A DNA stretch of 45,658 bases from Escherichia phage vB_VIPECOMC04: the sequence record PQ423993.1; one strand, given 5' to 3'. The notes under the pieces were generated by a model that had not been told where the DNA came from, did not search any database, and worked only from the letters and a program-made list of their open reading frames with translations. The translations under genes were made by a program, and so were the position numbers. Positions 17,258 through 26,708 of this stretch are shown here, one piece after another (positions within the stretch are counted from its first letter, which is position 1; each line of letters starts with the position of its first letter).

Positions 17258-17410
17258 ATGAGAATGTTCGTATTCGGGTCGATAGTAACCATGCTCGCAC
17301 TGTCACTCGGTGCGGGAATAGCTGCTATGTTCTGTTACGGCCTGTTCTTTCAGTTTGCCGGTGTTGCCATTCTAGGCGGGGCTTTCCTTACCTGGATGCT
17401 GCGGTCATGA
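17258..17410 (+). CDS. small membrane peptide (50 aa)
   Basis: ATG 17258; two hydrophobic segments; its stop overlaps the VRR-NUC start (ATGA). Confidence 0.3.
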   Translation: MRMFVFGSIVTMLALSLGAGIAAMFCYGLFFQFAGVAILGGAFLTWMLRS

Positions 17411-17739
17411 CTAAAGAGGGGCGCATCCAGAAATACGCAAAAGAGCGATTCGAGGCCATTGGTGGCCTCGTTCGTAAATTGTCGTACGAAAACAGAGTGG
17501 GAGCCCCTGACCTGCTGGTAATTCTACCCGGCGGCATCGTCTGGTTCGTCGAGGTTAAGAAAGACGAAAACACGAAGCCAGACCCGCACCAGCTACGGGA
17601 ACATGAGAGATTCCGAAAACGTGGAGTTAATGTTTTTGTCGTTGGTTCGTTTAAACAGGTTGACGCCCTAATAGCATACTATTATAGTTATCACATACCC
17701 CAACAATATAAGGAATTGAGAAATGAAATACGAATATGA
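17407..17739 (+). CDS. VRR-NUC domain nuclease
   Basis: GAPDLLVILPGGIVWFVEVK fits the PD-(D/E)XK VRR-NUC signature; start taken at ATG 17407 within the track ORF. Confidence 0.6.
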   Translation: MTKEGRIQKYAKERFEAIGGLVRKLSYENRVGAPDLLVILPGGIVWFVEVKKDENTKPDPHQLREHERFRKRGVNVFVVGSFKQVDALIAYYYSYHIPQQYKELRNEIRI

Positions 17740-17914
17740 CCGCAAGCCCGCACGTGACATCGTACCGGGCGACATGATTTTCAACGTTAAGACACGTCGT
17801 CCTGTTGCCGTTGATACGGTGTTCGTCGAGTCGAATGGTAAACTGGTTATCGAAGATGCGACCGGTAACGTTACGGCGTTCGGGCGTAAAGAGCTGGTGC
17901 TGGTGGTGAAATGA
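17723..17914 (+). CDS. hypothetical protein
   Basis: ORF track. Confidence 0.4.
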   Translation: MKYEYDRKPARDIVPGDMIFNVKTRRPVAVDTVFVESNGKLVIEDATGNVTAFGRKELVLVVK

Positions 17915-18855
17915 ACTATTACAATGAGTGGGATAAAGGCGCAGCCGCGTGGCTGCGTGAATTAATAAAACAGGGTCACATACCTTTTGGAGTTGTAGAT
18001 GAAAGAAGCATTACAGAAGTTAAGCCAGAAGACCTCGACGGGTTCACCCAGTGTCATTTTTTCGCTGGTATCGGCGGCTGGCCTCTCGCGCTCAGACTTG
18101 CGGGAGTTTCGGAAAATACGCCTCTCTGGACGGGAAGCCCGCCTTGCCAACCGTTTAGCGCGGCAGGAAAGCAACTCGGACATTTCGACCCGAGACACCT
18201 CGCGCCGGTATTCCTTGACCTCATCAGCGAGTGCCGCCCTCCAGTCCTCTTTGGGGAACAGGTTGCGCCAGCAATTGCAAAATCGTGGATGTGCGATTTA
18301 CAAACTCATCTGGAAGGAGAAGACTACTCCGTCGGGTTTGCCGTACTCCCAGCTTGTAGCGTCGGTGCCCCGCACAAACGCGACAGACTGTTCTTCGGCG
18401 CGTACAACCTGGCTGAGTCCTTGTGCGCAGAACGGGACCGTGAACGGCTACACGGATTGGGAAAAAGTAATCAAACGCAAGGAAGCAGGACGGCAGCAGA
18501 ACCTACGGGACGTGGTTATTCTGGCGGCTTGGTCTACCCCGACAGCGAACGACTTCAAAGGGAGCGGAGAGACAGTGATTCGCAAGGACGGAAAGGACAG
18601 AACATTCGACAGGCTGGACTACTCAACGGAACAGGGACTGAAAATAACACAACCAATTCGGATAACAGTTTCTGGTCCGACGCTGACTGGCTCGGATGCA
18701 GGGACGGAAAGTTCAGGCCAGTTGAATCCGGCACATTCCCGCTGGCTAATGGGATACCCGCCAGAGTGGGACGATTGCGCGGTTACGGCAATGCCATCGT
18801 CCCGCAAGTAGCCGCTGAGTTTATAAAGGCATTTATGGGGGGTATTCATGTCTAA
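17911..18855 (+). CDS. DNA C5-cytosine methyltransferase (frame integrity questionable)
   Basis: FAGIGG (motif I), SPPCQPFSAAGK (IV), GEQV (VI), GAPHKRDRLFF (VIII) and C-terminal GYGNAIVPQVAAEF (X); the motif IX-like segment is in the overlapping +1 frame (see findings). Confidence 0.7.
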   Translation: MNYYNEWDKGAAAWLRELIKQGHIPFGVVDERSITEVKPEDLDGFTQCHFFAGIGGWPLALRLAGVSENTPLWTGSPPCQPFSAAGKQLGHFDPRHLAPVFLDLISECRPPVLFGEQVAPAIAKSWMCDLQTHLEGEDYSVGFAVLPACSVGAPHKRDRLFFGAYNLAESLCAERDRERLHGLGKSNQTQGSRTAAEPTGRGYSGGLVYPDSERLQRERRDSDSQGRKGQNIRQAGLLNGTGTENNTTNSDNSFWSDADWLGCRDGKFRPVESGTFPLANGIPARVGRLRGYGNAIVPQVAAEFIKAFMGGIHV

Positions 18856-20272
18856 GTTTCAAAGGCGCGAGTACCAGAAACTCATGACTTCGTTCATGTT
18901 GAGGCACAATCGCTGTAATATTTGGGCGAGCATGGGTGCCGGGAAGACTGGCAGCGTATTGTGGGCGTTAAACCGATTGTTCCGCAACGGCCAACTTAAT
19001 GATGACGACCGCGTGTTAATCCTCGCCCCACTACGTGTTGCGTCAGGTACATGGCCGGCAGAACAAGAGAAATGGAACTTCCCGTGTCTGAGTGTCGTAG
19101 ATGCGACCGGTTCAGAGAAGCGCCGCATCGCGGTGCTGGAGTCAGATGCTAACGTGGTGTGCACTAACTACGAAGTTATCGAGTGGCTGATTGACTACTA
19201 CGGCGAAGACGACTGGCCTTTTACAGTTATTGTCGCCGATGAAAGCACGAAGCTGAAATCGTTTCGCAGCCGTTCAGGTGGTAGCAAGCGTGCAAAGGCG
19301 CTCAGCAAAGTGGCGTTTGGTAAGGTTAAGCGTTTTATCAACCTGACCGGTACGCCGTCACCAAACGGCCTCAAAGACTTGTGGGGGCAGAACTGGTTTA
19401 TAGACGCAGGCGAGCGACTTGGTTCTTCGTACACGGCATTCACTGACCGCTGGTTTAACTCGGTGCAGAAAGGGAAGTCCGCGATGGCGCGCGAGTATCA
19501 CACACGACCGGGTGCAGATAATGAAATTCATCAGAAGATGAAGGATATCAGTCTCACTATCGATGCCGCAGAGTGGTTCGGTTGCGAAGCGCCGATTATT
19601 GTTCCGGTTGAAATTGACCTGCCGAAGAAAGCACGTCAGGCGTACATCGATATGGAGGAGAAGTTATTCGCGGAACTGGAGAGCGGAGAAGTTGAAGCTG
19701 CTAACGCCGCGGCGAAGACGTCGAAGTGTTTGCAGATTGCATCTGGTGCCGTGTATGTATCGGGACCGGACGGAGAAGCAACGAAAGACTGGGAGAAAGT
19801 GCACGACACGAAACTGGATGCGCTGGAGTCTATTGTCGAGGAGTTACAGGGCGCGCCGTTGCTGGTGGCTTATCAGTTCAAGCACGAACTGGAGCGCATC
19901 CTTAAGCGATTCCCGCAGGCCCAGGCATTTGCCAAAGGTGCGAAGGGTAATAAGCAGATGGAAGCGTGGAACCGAGGTGAAATACCTATGCTCCTGATAC
20001 ATCCAGCCTCCGCGGGCCACGGGCTGTCGCTACAACACGGCGGACATCACATAGCCTTTATGAGTCAGGGGTGGAACCTGGAACACTATTTGCAGGTTAT
20101 CGAGCGCATAGGTCCGGTGAGGCAGATGCAGTCTGGGTACAAACGGTCTGTATTCATTTATCAAATAATAGCCCGAGATACTCTAGATGAAGTTGTCGCA
20201 GCGCGTACGGACGAGAAAAGGTCTGTACAGGACGAACTACTTAATTATATGAAGAGACGAGGTAAGAAATGA
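18848..20272 (+). CDS. SNF2/DEAD-like helicase
   Basis: Walker A GAGKTG, DExx box VIVADEST, motif III LTGTP. Confidence 0.75.
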   Translation: MSKFQRREYQKLMTSFMLRHNRCNIWASMGAGKTGSVLWALNRLFRNGQLNDDDRVLILAPLRVASGTWPAEQEKWNFPCLSVVDATGSEKRRIAVLESDANVVCTNYEVIEWLIDYYGEDDWPFTVIVADESTKLKSFRSRSGGSKRAKALSKVAFGKVKRFINLTGTPSPNGLKDLWGQNWFIDAGERLGSSYTAFTDRWFNSVQKGKSAMAREYHTRPGADNEIHQKMKDISLTIDAAEWFGCEAPIIVPVEIDLPKKARQAYIDMEEKLFAELESGEVEAANAAAKTSKCLQIASGAVYVSGPDGEATKDWEKVHDTKLDALESIVEELQGAPLLVAYQFKHELERILKRFPQAQAFAKGAKGNKQMEAWNRGEIPMLLIHPASAGHGLSLQHGGHHIAFMSQGWNLEHYLQVIERIGPVRQMQSGYKRSVFIYQIIARDTLDEVVAARTDEKRSVQDELLNYMKRRGKK

Positions 20273-20408
20273 ACGTCATAGCCCCGATTCCGGCATTGCA
20301 AAAACGTATCAAGGAACTCGAGGAGGAGGTTCTACGCCTACGGCAGCAGAGAGATGCCGCTAATGCGCAACTGGCGTTTGTACTGGAGAAGCTATCGGAA
20401 GAGTAGAG

Positions 20409-20436
20409 AAAGGCCCCAAACGGGGCCTTGTTTATT
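20409..20436 (+). terminator. intrinsic terminator closing the plus-strand replication block
   Basis: AAGGCCCC-aaac-GGGGCCTT followed by GTTTATTT; overlaps the tail fiber stop on the other strand. Confidence 0.6.
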
Positions 20437-22784
20437 TAACTGTTTGTCAGGGTAGCCACTAATGTCTCAAGCGCTATAATCCTTTTCTCTAACTGAGCTG
20501 CTTTACGTCGCTGTAACGCAGCCTCTAATATCAATACCTCATCATAACGAATACCATACCGCTCCCCTGCCGCCGTAGCTTTTGTTAATACTTCCCCAGA
20601 TTCCTCATCAATAATTTCCGGAGACGCTTCCCACTTATCGTAGCACAGGAAACCGTACTTAGTCGCGTCCAACCCGTGCCGGGTAAACGCCTCAATTGCT
20701 CGTTGGGCTACTACTCCAAAGTGCCACCTAGCTGCATCCTCCCCCTTCTCTGCAACCCTATCCAGGTACTTATATTGAACTAAATTAACTTCAGCCCAAG
20801 CGTCTAACATAGCGTCAGTTAATTCCAGGGGTAGTGTCTTGGCTCTCTCGTCAGACGTAACCGTAAACGCTGTTTGAGTGAATCCGCCGGACAAAGCGAG
20901 ACTTGCCGACCCGATAGTGACGGTGTTTGCACTGGATGGTGTAATAGCCGTCGGGGCTATTTGAATATACGCCGATTCGTCAGAGGCTAAGCGTAAATTA
21001 CCATTAACCAGAGAAATAGTTCGAGAAGTAGTTCGAGAAGTACCATCAGATGTGAGTAATTTTATCTGAGAGGTCGTACCTCCACCAATAGCCAAAGATG
21101 TAGCCCCATCGGAAATTAGTCTGAATTTATCAGCTGTCACAAAAGGCAATGCAGAAGTATCTATATACTTAGTGAACCACTCAAACCTACCGGACATGGA
21201 CCCTATGTATTGTCCTATAGCGGGGGCGTGTACCACGTTACTGGTGGTAGTACCATCAATGCTAGAGACCCCGGTTATAGTAGATAGTGAACTAAGAAGA
21301 CTGTTCTTGGGTCCAGGGTGCTTTACTTCCACAAAGTTACGGGTAGTCCCTGTCGCTAGCGTAACAACCCCGGAAGCACTATACATAGGGAAAACCGATG
21401 CGTAGTTATTACTAGCTCCGTCTAAAAACCTAATAGAAGTCGCGGTTTGCGTTTGCCCTAAACTATTAGTTCCGCTGCACCCAACCATTAGAATATTATC
21501 AGCGGCATTATAGTTGCCTTGTAATGTAACGCCGTGTGCTTGCGTGGCCTCGGAGGAGGAGTAATCAGCTACAACATTTGCCACCAGATTACCTGAACCC
21601 TTGCCGGCGATCACAGCGGCATACTTAGCGTTATTAGCAACAACATTACTGATAATATTACTGCTAGGGGCATTGGTCGTCTCGGTGCCATTATAAACAA
21701 CGTGCTGACAGCTTTGCCCAATGACGCCACTAACAACATTACATTTAGCATCTGTTTTCAACTCAACCGCCCCAAATTGGGGGTAGTTTCGGGCGATAAC
21801 ATCGTTGATTATAGTATTACTTGCGGACTCAAACAGCACGCACCCCGCTGTTTTATTTGTAGCATACCCGGAGTAGTCGCCCCGTATGCCGCTTACAATG
21901 TATCCAGACGGACCCCCATCACTAGGGTATGCTATTAAACTAAATCCAGTTCCCTTTGCATTTTTAAAATCAATACCTTTAATAGTAACGTCCTGCCCAC
22001 CGGCGAAGGAAACCTGCTGACCCTGTGTGAAGTCCGTTGCCTTATTTCCTACAATACTCAGGGTGCTAAGTAGCCCTCCTGCAGGTTTATCAAAGATTAA
22101 GTGGTTTCCAGAATCGTTTGATTGTTTTAAAACCCCACCCCCTGTTCCGAATAGAGAGCATGTCGGGTGGGAGAGTAGCGACGTACTATACTCCCCTTGC
22201 GGTACAAGCACCCCGTTACTAGCTGTAAGCGCTCGGTTAAGGGCGTTTGTGTAATCAGGGTCAGTACCTAAATAGAAGTCCAGAACGGAAACTACTTCTC
22301 TATTTTTATCGTGTTGCGTCCTGCCGACAGCGTCGGTAAATGGTTGTCGGACGCCGACCATGGCATCACCTAATGTCGCATTGTCTGTGCTGGATAAATC
22401 ATTGCGCAAATCCGGGTCAGTACGCGGCTCCCAGTTAGCGTTTCCTACCGGGTTAAACCCAGCCGGGACAACAACTGGTAAGGTACCTGCATACGAGTAC
22501 CACGTCTTGCTTACAGGGTCATACACCACTTTGTCGCGGTCATTAGCGGTTAACGTACCACCAGTGGAAAAGTCCCATGACACCGGAGAAAAACCAGCGC
22601 CACGCAACACGGCTGGTAACGTCTTTTGGGTCTGCCCTGTAACGGCATTTGTCGCGTAATCAATATCGGCGCCACCTGCAACACCGCCGGATTTGCCGGT
22701 GATAACCTCGGCTTCGAAAATCTGGTGTTTCTTGGCGGTCTGTAAATCCGCCAGGCTTAAAACGTCACCGCATCCGCTTGACAT
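20436..22784 (-). CDS. tail fiber / tailspike with beta-helix region and C-terminal S74 intramolecular chaperone
   Basis: C-terminal SDERAKT...WHFGVVAQRAIEAFTRHGLDATKYGF matches the auto-cleaving chaperone domain of endosialidase/L-shaped fibers; central G/N/S/T-rich repeats. Confidence 0.85.
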   Translation of the reverse strand: MSSGCGDVLSLADLQTAKKHQIFEAEVITGKSGGVAGGADIDYATNAVTGQTQKTLPAVLRGAGFSPVSWDFSTGGTLTANDRDKVVYDPVSKTWYSYAGTLPVVVPAGFNPVGNANWEPRTDPDLRNDLSSTDNATLGDAMVGVRQPFTDAVGRTQHDKNREVVSVLDFYLGTDPDYTNALNRALTASNGVLVPQGEYSTSLLSHPTCSLFGTGGGVLKQSNDSGNHLIFDKPAGGLLSTLSIVGNKATDFTQGQQVSFAGGQDVTIKGIDFKNAKGTGFSLIAYPSDGGPSGYIVSGIRGDYSGYATNKTAGCVLFESASNTIINDVIARNYPQFGAVELKTDAKCNVVSGVIGQSCQHVVYNGTETTNAPSSNIISNVVANNAKYAAVIAGKGSGNLVANVVADYSSSEATQAHGVTLQGNYNAADNILMVGCSGTNSLGQTQTATSIRFLDGASNNYASVFPMYSASGVVTLATGTTRNFVEVKHPGPKNSLLSSLSTITGVSSIDGTTTSNVVHAPAIGQYIGSMSGRFEWFTKYIDTSALPFVTADKFRLISDGATSLAIGGGTTSQIKLLTSDGTSRTTSRTISLVNGNLRLASDESAYIQIAPTAITPSSANTVTIGSASLALSGGFTQTAFTVTSDERAKTLPLELTDAMLDAWAEVNLVQYKYLDRVAEKGEDAARWHFGVVAQRAIEAFTRHGLDATKYGFLCYDKWEASPEIIDEESGEVLTKATAAGERYGIRYDEVLILEAALQRRKAAQLEKRIIALETLVATLTNS

Positions 22785-22796
22785 ATAGAGTCCTCT

Positions 22797-25343
22797 TTAA
22801 TTAAAACCATTGCTGAATCCGTCGGAGAAACCGCTACCGTATGGAGCGACGCCGTCGTATTTATAGAATCCGTCGTCATAGTTGTAGCCTGTAATCTTGA
22901 CCGTGCGGTCGTCGCCCGGGTCGATTGAAGAAACAACTATCTTCTGTGCATTATGCCTTGCTTCGTTGCCGAATGAAAACTCAGTTTTTAGTGCGCTATT
23001 CCCCGTGTATATTGCCTCCTGCGGTGCGGAGAGCATAATCACTTCACGGTCGTGGTTTCCTTTGATAACAGAAATACTCTGCACGGAGCCATCGCGCTTC
23101 TTGAGGATGATGGAGTGGTCATCGCCGGGGGTAAACGTAACCGGCTGTGACAGTGTCAGCGTAAGCCCATTAACGGCAACAACATAGCCATCCTGCGGCG
23201 CGATACGCGAGCCTTTAACGACACTGATTACGCCGCCCGGTGTAGCGAGTGCCCCCTCTTCGGTAGCTTCAAACTCTACGACAACTTTACTTAACGCATT
23301 GCGCTGATAGCGACGCCACGCCAGCCAGTACGCCTGCTGATAGTTGCGCACGCCTTTCGATTCGTATTCCTCAGTGTTTGCACCGAGTTCTTCCGGGATA
23401 TAAATAGTTTCCTGTACGTTTGTATCCGGGTCGATGTACGAGAACGACAGGCTATCGTAGGTAGTAGAATCGTTGAATGTGCGCGTCCATTTCTCTGTAC
23501 CGGTAGTTTTACTGCGGTGGGTAAACACCATTTCAGGACCAGCAACCGGACGGTCGAAGCGCAACATAATATCCGCGCCTTTACGGTACGCGGTACAAAA
23601 CACGGCTTCCGCTATGGTCTGAACAATGTCCTGCATCGTTGTATCATAATCATCAAACGTGTAGCAGAACTGCCCGGCTAACTCGCTGCCAAAATAGGAC
23701 TCAATCTCTTCCTGCACAGCAAGTAACTTGTCCATGTTTGCGGTTGTCAGTTCTAAGTTACCTACCGCCGGGTCGCGGGCCAGTCGAATTAGTGATTGCA
23801 CCGCCTGCGTATTAGGTGTCATTACCGTATCGAATACCCCATTTCCGAGGTATTTGTAACACATCTCAGTCGCAATCATGCGCAGTTCAGGGTTGTCAAT
23901 ACTAGCGGCCCGCGGTGTCTGTTTACGGGCGCAATGTACTGTTGTCCGGTTGCCGTAGTGCGGGGTTGTGTCCAGAGACTGCCCGTACAGGTTGATGAAT
24001 GTTATCTCATCGCTTACGGTACCGTCGTAGTCCTTATCAAAATTCGTTATACGACGCATACGGGCGCGGAAACGCGATGCAGTAGGCAATTGCCCGTAGA
24101 TAGACGTGCCAACGTAATCCGTGCTATTACCGGTAACGGTGCCTTGTACGGTGTAGATATCACCAATCGGGTTACGCTGAGAATCTATCATCTGGTACTG
24201 GAGTTCTACGGTTACATTGGCTCGGCTATAACCGCCGTCGTATTTGTAGAGGCCGTTCTGCCCGGCAACGTTAGCAAGCACCCGGTCAACTTCTCCGCGC
24301 ACCATGTAATACCAGTCGGTCAGGGATACGTCGTAGGTGTCTCTAGGACCAATGAAAGTATCAGAACGCTCTGTTAAGGTATACGTCTGCCCACTGGTTA
24401 ACGCGTCCCAATTAGAAGCACCATTCACCGCCAGTCTTACTTCGAAGTCATCGACATATAAAACCTCAAACGAGCCGTTGAGATTAGTGACGCCTGCAAC
24501 GTCAAAGTTGCTCAGCACCGCGACATCACCGACGCTAAGAAACTCAGAAAAAGCGGAGTTACCCGACGGGTCATAGATGTAGCCGGTGTTTGAAATACGT
24601 TTCGCGGTGCCATCGGCGCTTGGGTTAGCCCCGATGTCGTTTGGCGCTTTCAGTACAATACCGTCAACGTCGTCGTTGGAGTATGTCACATAGAGTTTCT
24701 GGTCAATGACGTCCCTGATTTGTAGCTGCGGAGATGTGGTGTTGTTCGGGGAGGTATATGGCGCATACACGGCAACAGAGGAGCCTGTGATGTCACTTAT
24801 CAGGGTATCGCCCTCTGTGACCCCATCAGCCTCAATATGTAGATGCCCCCGCCCGGCGTCATAGTACGAGTATTCTAGTAAATTCCCGATATTGTCGAAC
24901 GCCTTATACGTCTGCATCAGGTCATTAGGGATTGTCTGCACAGTCCCGCAGATGTCATAGGAGCGCTCGTAAGGACGCGGCTTGTTGGAGCGGTCAGTAA
25001 GGCTGTTATTAGCGGATTTTGCTTGGTTATTTGTCGCTGTTACCGCCAGATTCGGTTTCTTAGTTAGTAAAACCGTAGCCGCGACGACGACCAACGCAAC
25101 AAGCGCACCTACTACAAGCGCACCCCCACCAGCTCCTTCCACTATGTGATACACCGCGTCTTCGTCTTTAAGCGCTTCGAAGTCGTCCGTTACGTCTGTA
25201 TCATCACCAATTTCGCCGAGGTAGACGCGCACAGGCACGCCGTCAGGAATACGGTTAACGACAAACTCCATCGGCATCCCGACGTGTTTTGTGCGGTCGA
25301 AAACACCGTTAGCATTTCGCGTGTAGTGCAGGATTATCGCCAA
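22797..25343 (-). CDS. tail tip / host-specificity protein (gpI-like N-terminus fused to gpJ-like body)
   Basis: Position after the gpK-like gene; N-terminal 100 aa with a hydrophobic stretch, then a large beta-rich body. Confidence 0.5.
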   Translation of the reverse strand: MAIILHYTRNANGVFDRTKHVGMPMEFVVNRIPDGVPVRVYLGEIGDDTDVTDDFEALKDEDAVYHIVEGAGGGALVVGALVALVVVAATVLLTKKPNLAVTATNNQAKSANNSLTDRSNKPRPYERSYDICGTVQTIPNDLMQTYKAFDNIGNLLEYSYYDAGRGHLHIEADGVTEGDTLISDITGSSVAVYAPYTSPNNTTSPQLQIRDVIDQKLYVTYSNDDVDGIVLKAPNDIGANPSADGTAKRISNTGYIYDPSGNSAFSEFLSVGDVAVLSNFDVAGVTNLNGSFEVLYVDDFEVRLAVNGASNWDALTSGQTYTLTERSDTFIGPRDTYDVSLTDWYYMVRGEVDRVLANVAGQNGLYKYDGGYSRANVTVELQYQMIDSQRNPIGDIYTVQGTVTGNSTDYVGTSIYGQLPTASRFRARMRRITNFDKDYDGTVSDEITFINLYGQSLDTTPHYGNRTTVHCARKQTPRAASIDNPELRMIATEMCYKYLGNGVFDTVMTPNTQAVQSLIRLARDPAVGNLELTTANMDKLLAVQEEIESYFGSELAGQFCYTFDDYDTTMQDIVQTIAEAVFCTAYRKGADIMLRFDRPVAGPEMVFTHRSKTTGTEKWTRTFNDSTTYDSLSFSYIDPDTNVQETIYIPEELGANTEEYESKGVRNYQQAYWLAWRRYQRNALSKVVVEFEATEEGALATPGGVISVVKGSRIAPQDGYVVAVNGLTLTLSQPVTFTPGDDHSIILKKRDGSVQSISVIKGNHDREVIMLSAPQEAIYTGNSALKTEFSFGNEARHNAQKIVVSSIDPGDDRTVKITGYNYDDGFYKYDGVAPYGSGFSDGFSNGFN

Positions 25344-25699
25344 AATTCAATCTCCGTGTACAGGTCGCTCAGGTCAACAAGCCGGTCTAGCCGTACCTGA
25401 CGGGAGGCCATCTCGCAATGACTCACCATTCCGTCAAAGTAGACCCCGGCGTGCCACACGATTCTGCCGCCGCGGCGCCTACCCATAAGAACCGCGCACA
25501 AGTTCTCAGGCTTATCAATTTTCGTAAGCCCCTTCGTGTTGCGATGCCCTTCGTCAAACGCGTCGTTAATTGCCGTTGGGCTTGTAGCGTCGAACGCCGG
25601 TGTGGCTAACCCGGCATCCGCACGGACAATACGCACGTGATGCCAGCAATTGCGTTTGCGAAAGTCGTAAGGTATCCCCGTGTAGTCGTTAATGTTCAT
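25334..25699 (-). CDS. tail assembly protein gpK-like (NlpC/P60-type)
   Basis: Cys/His pattern NCWHH ... HAGVYFDGMVSHCE; position between the L-like and tip genes. Confidence 0.6.
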   Translation of the reverse strand: MNINDYTGIPYDFRKRNCWHHVRIVRADAGLATPAFDATSPTAINDAFDEGHRNTKGLTKIDKPENLCAVLMGRRRGGRIVWHAGVYFDGMVSHCEMASRQVRLDRLVDLSDLYTEIEFWR

Positions 25700-26211
25700 G
25701 TGATTAACAGGCCGCGTAATAAAGGTATCTCTTTAGGTGTCATGAGTATACCAGTGCTTCGTTGGTTAAGCATAGGTGTCCCTAAATTAGCGGAGAATCG
25801 CCCCTTGTCCTGAGCTATGGTCTGCGCCCCGTATGCCACAGGGCCGTCTGCCGGGTAAGACAGGTCGGTGCTGACATAACGGCGAAATATGAACTTCGGC
25901 AACTCAGTACTATCCATCGGAATATTATCCAGTTCATCGTCCAGTAAATTTCCGACGTCAGGAAGTGTAAACGTCGTCGTCTGGTCCATGTCGTTATTGT
26001 TAGCGGCTCCCGACGCTTCCATCGGTGTTGGCTCGAACGTGATTGTTTCGCCTGTCTCCAGTGTTGCCGTAAGTTCCTGTAGCCCTCGAACAAGATAGTA
26101 CGTCTTCGACAGCAACGGGTGGCTGATTTGCAACGTGATGTAGTCCATCTCGCCGTCGGGATTCGAGGCCAGCTTACGGCGATAGGCGGCTTCTACTGAT
26201 TCCTGGCTCAT
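25696..26211 (-). CDS. minor tail protein (gpL-like)
   Basis: Position; ATG 26209-26211 overlaps the upstream stop (ATGA). Confidence 0.45.
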   Translation of the reverse strand: MSQESVEAAYRRKLASNPDGEMDYITLQISHPLLSKTYYLVRGLQELTATLETGETITFEPTPMEASGAANNNDMDQTTTFTLPDVGNLLDDELDNIPMDSTELPKFIFRRYVSTDLSYPADGPVAYGAQTIAQDKGRFSANLGTPMLNQRSTGILMTPKEIPLLRGLLIT

Positions 26212-26708
26212 TGCATCGGGTCCCAAATTCGTGGAAACGTTGATTGCGCGGTTCCGTAGGCTTTAAGGAAGCAATTAAGCCCGTCGCCATAACAACCATA
26301 CAAATCCGGCAGATTGCTAACAAGGCACTGGTTATATTCATCCTGGAACGGCGATTTCTCGGCGGTTGCCGTGAATGTAATCGTCCAGTTAATGCCGTCT
26401 TCGGTGGACTCCGCGATGGTGGATGTAATTGTTACCTGGTAATCCTCAATGCCCATGCCGAAGTCGTGCGCCATCCAGAAACTTGAAGCACCACCATCGA
26501 CTTTCTCAATGAACGACAGAAACGCCTGTCGCCCTAGTGCTGAGGTAATCAGGGTTACGCTTATCGGGAACACGTCGTAATACGTGTCACGGCCCTGACG
26601 CACCCCGCCACCGGCTAAATCTACACTCCAGACGTTGTTACGTCTGGTCATTGAGTAGCCTTTTGATACCACCGGCTTAAGGCTACGTGGAAAGTATAAG
26701 TCGCTCAT
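26208..26708 (-). CDS. minor tail protein (gpM-like)
   Basis: Directly downstream of the tape measure gene; coupled start. Confidence 0.45.
   Translation of the reverse strand: MSDLYFPRSLKPVVSKGYSMTRRNNVWSVDLAGGGVRQGRDTYYDVFPISVTLITSALGRQAFLSFIEKVDGGASSFWMAHDFGMGIEDYQVTITSTIAESTEDGINWTITFTATAEKSPFQDEYNQCLVSNLPDLYGCYGDGLNCFLKAYGTAQSTFPRIWDPMQ

Noticed and set aside
17911-18060. Circular permutation of the methyltransferase (NEWDK motif-II-like segment placed before motif I)
   Set aside because: The NEWDK match to M.HhaI is five residues and may be coincidental; not enough to claim a permuted fold without an alignment.
20269-20454. Small coiled-coil ORF after the SNF2 helicase
   Set aside because: As read, the frame runs through the terminator hairpin into the tail fiber 3' end and is absent from the ORF track; coordinates and reality are uncertain.
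20436-25343. Diversity-generating retroelement targeting the tail fiber or tip genes
   Set aside because: No reverse-transcriptase-like ORF and no obvious template/variable repeat pair near the fiber C-terminus.
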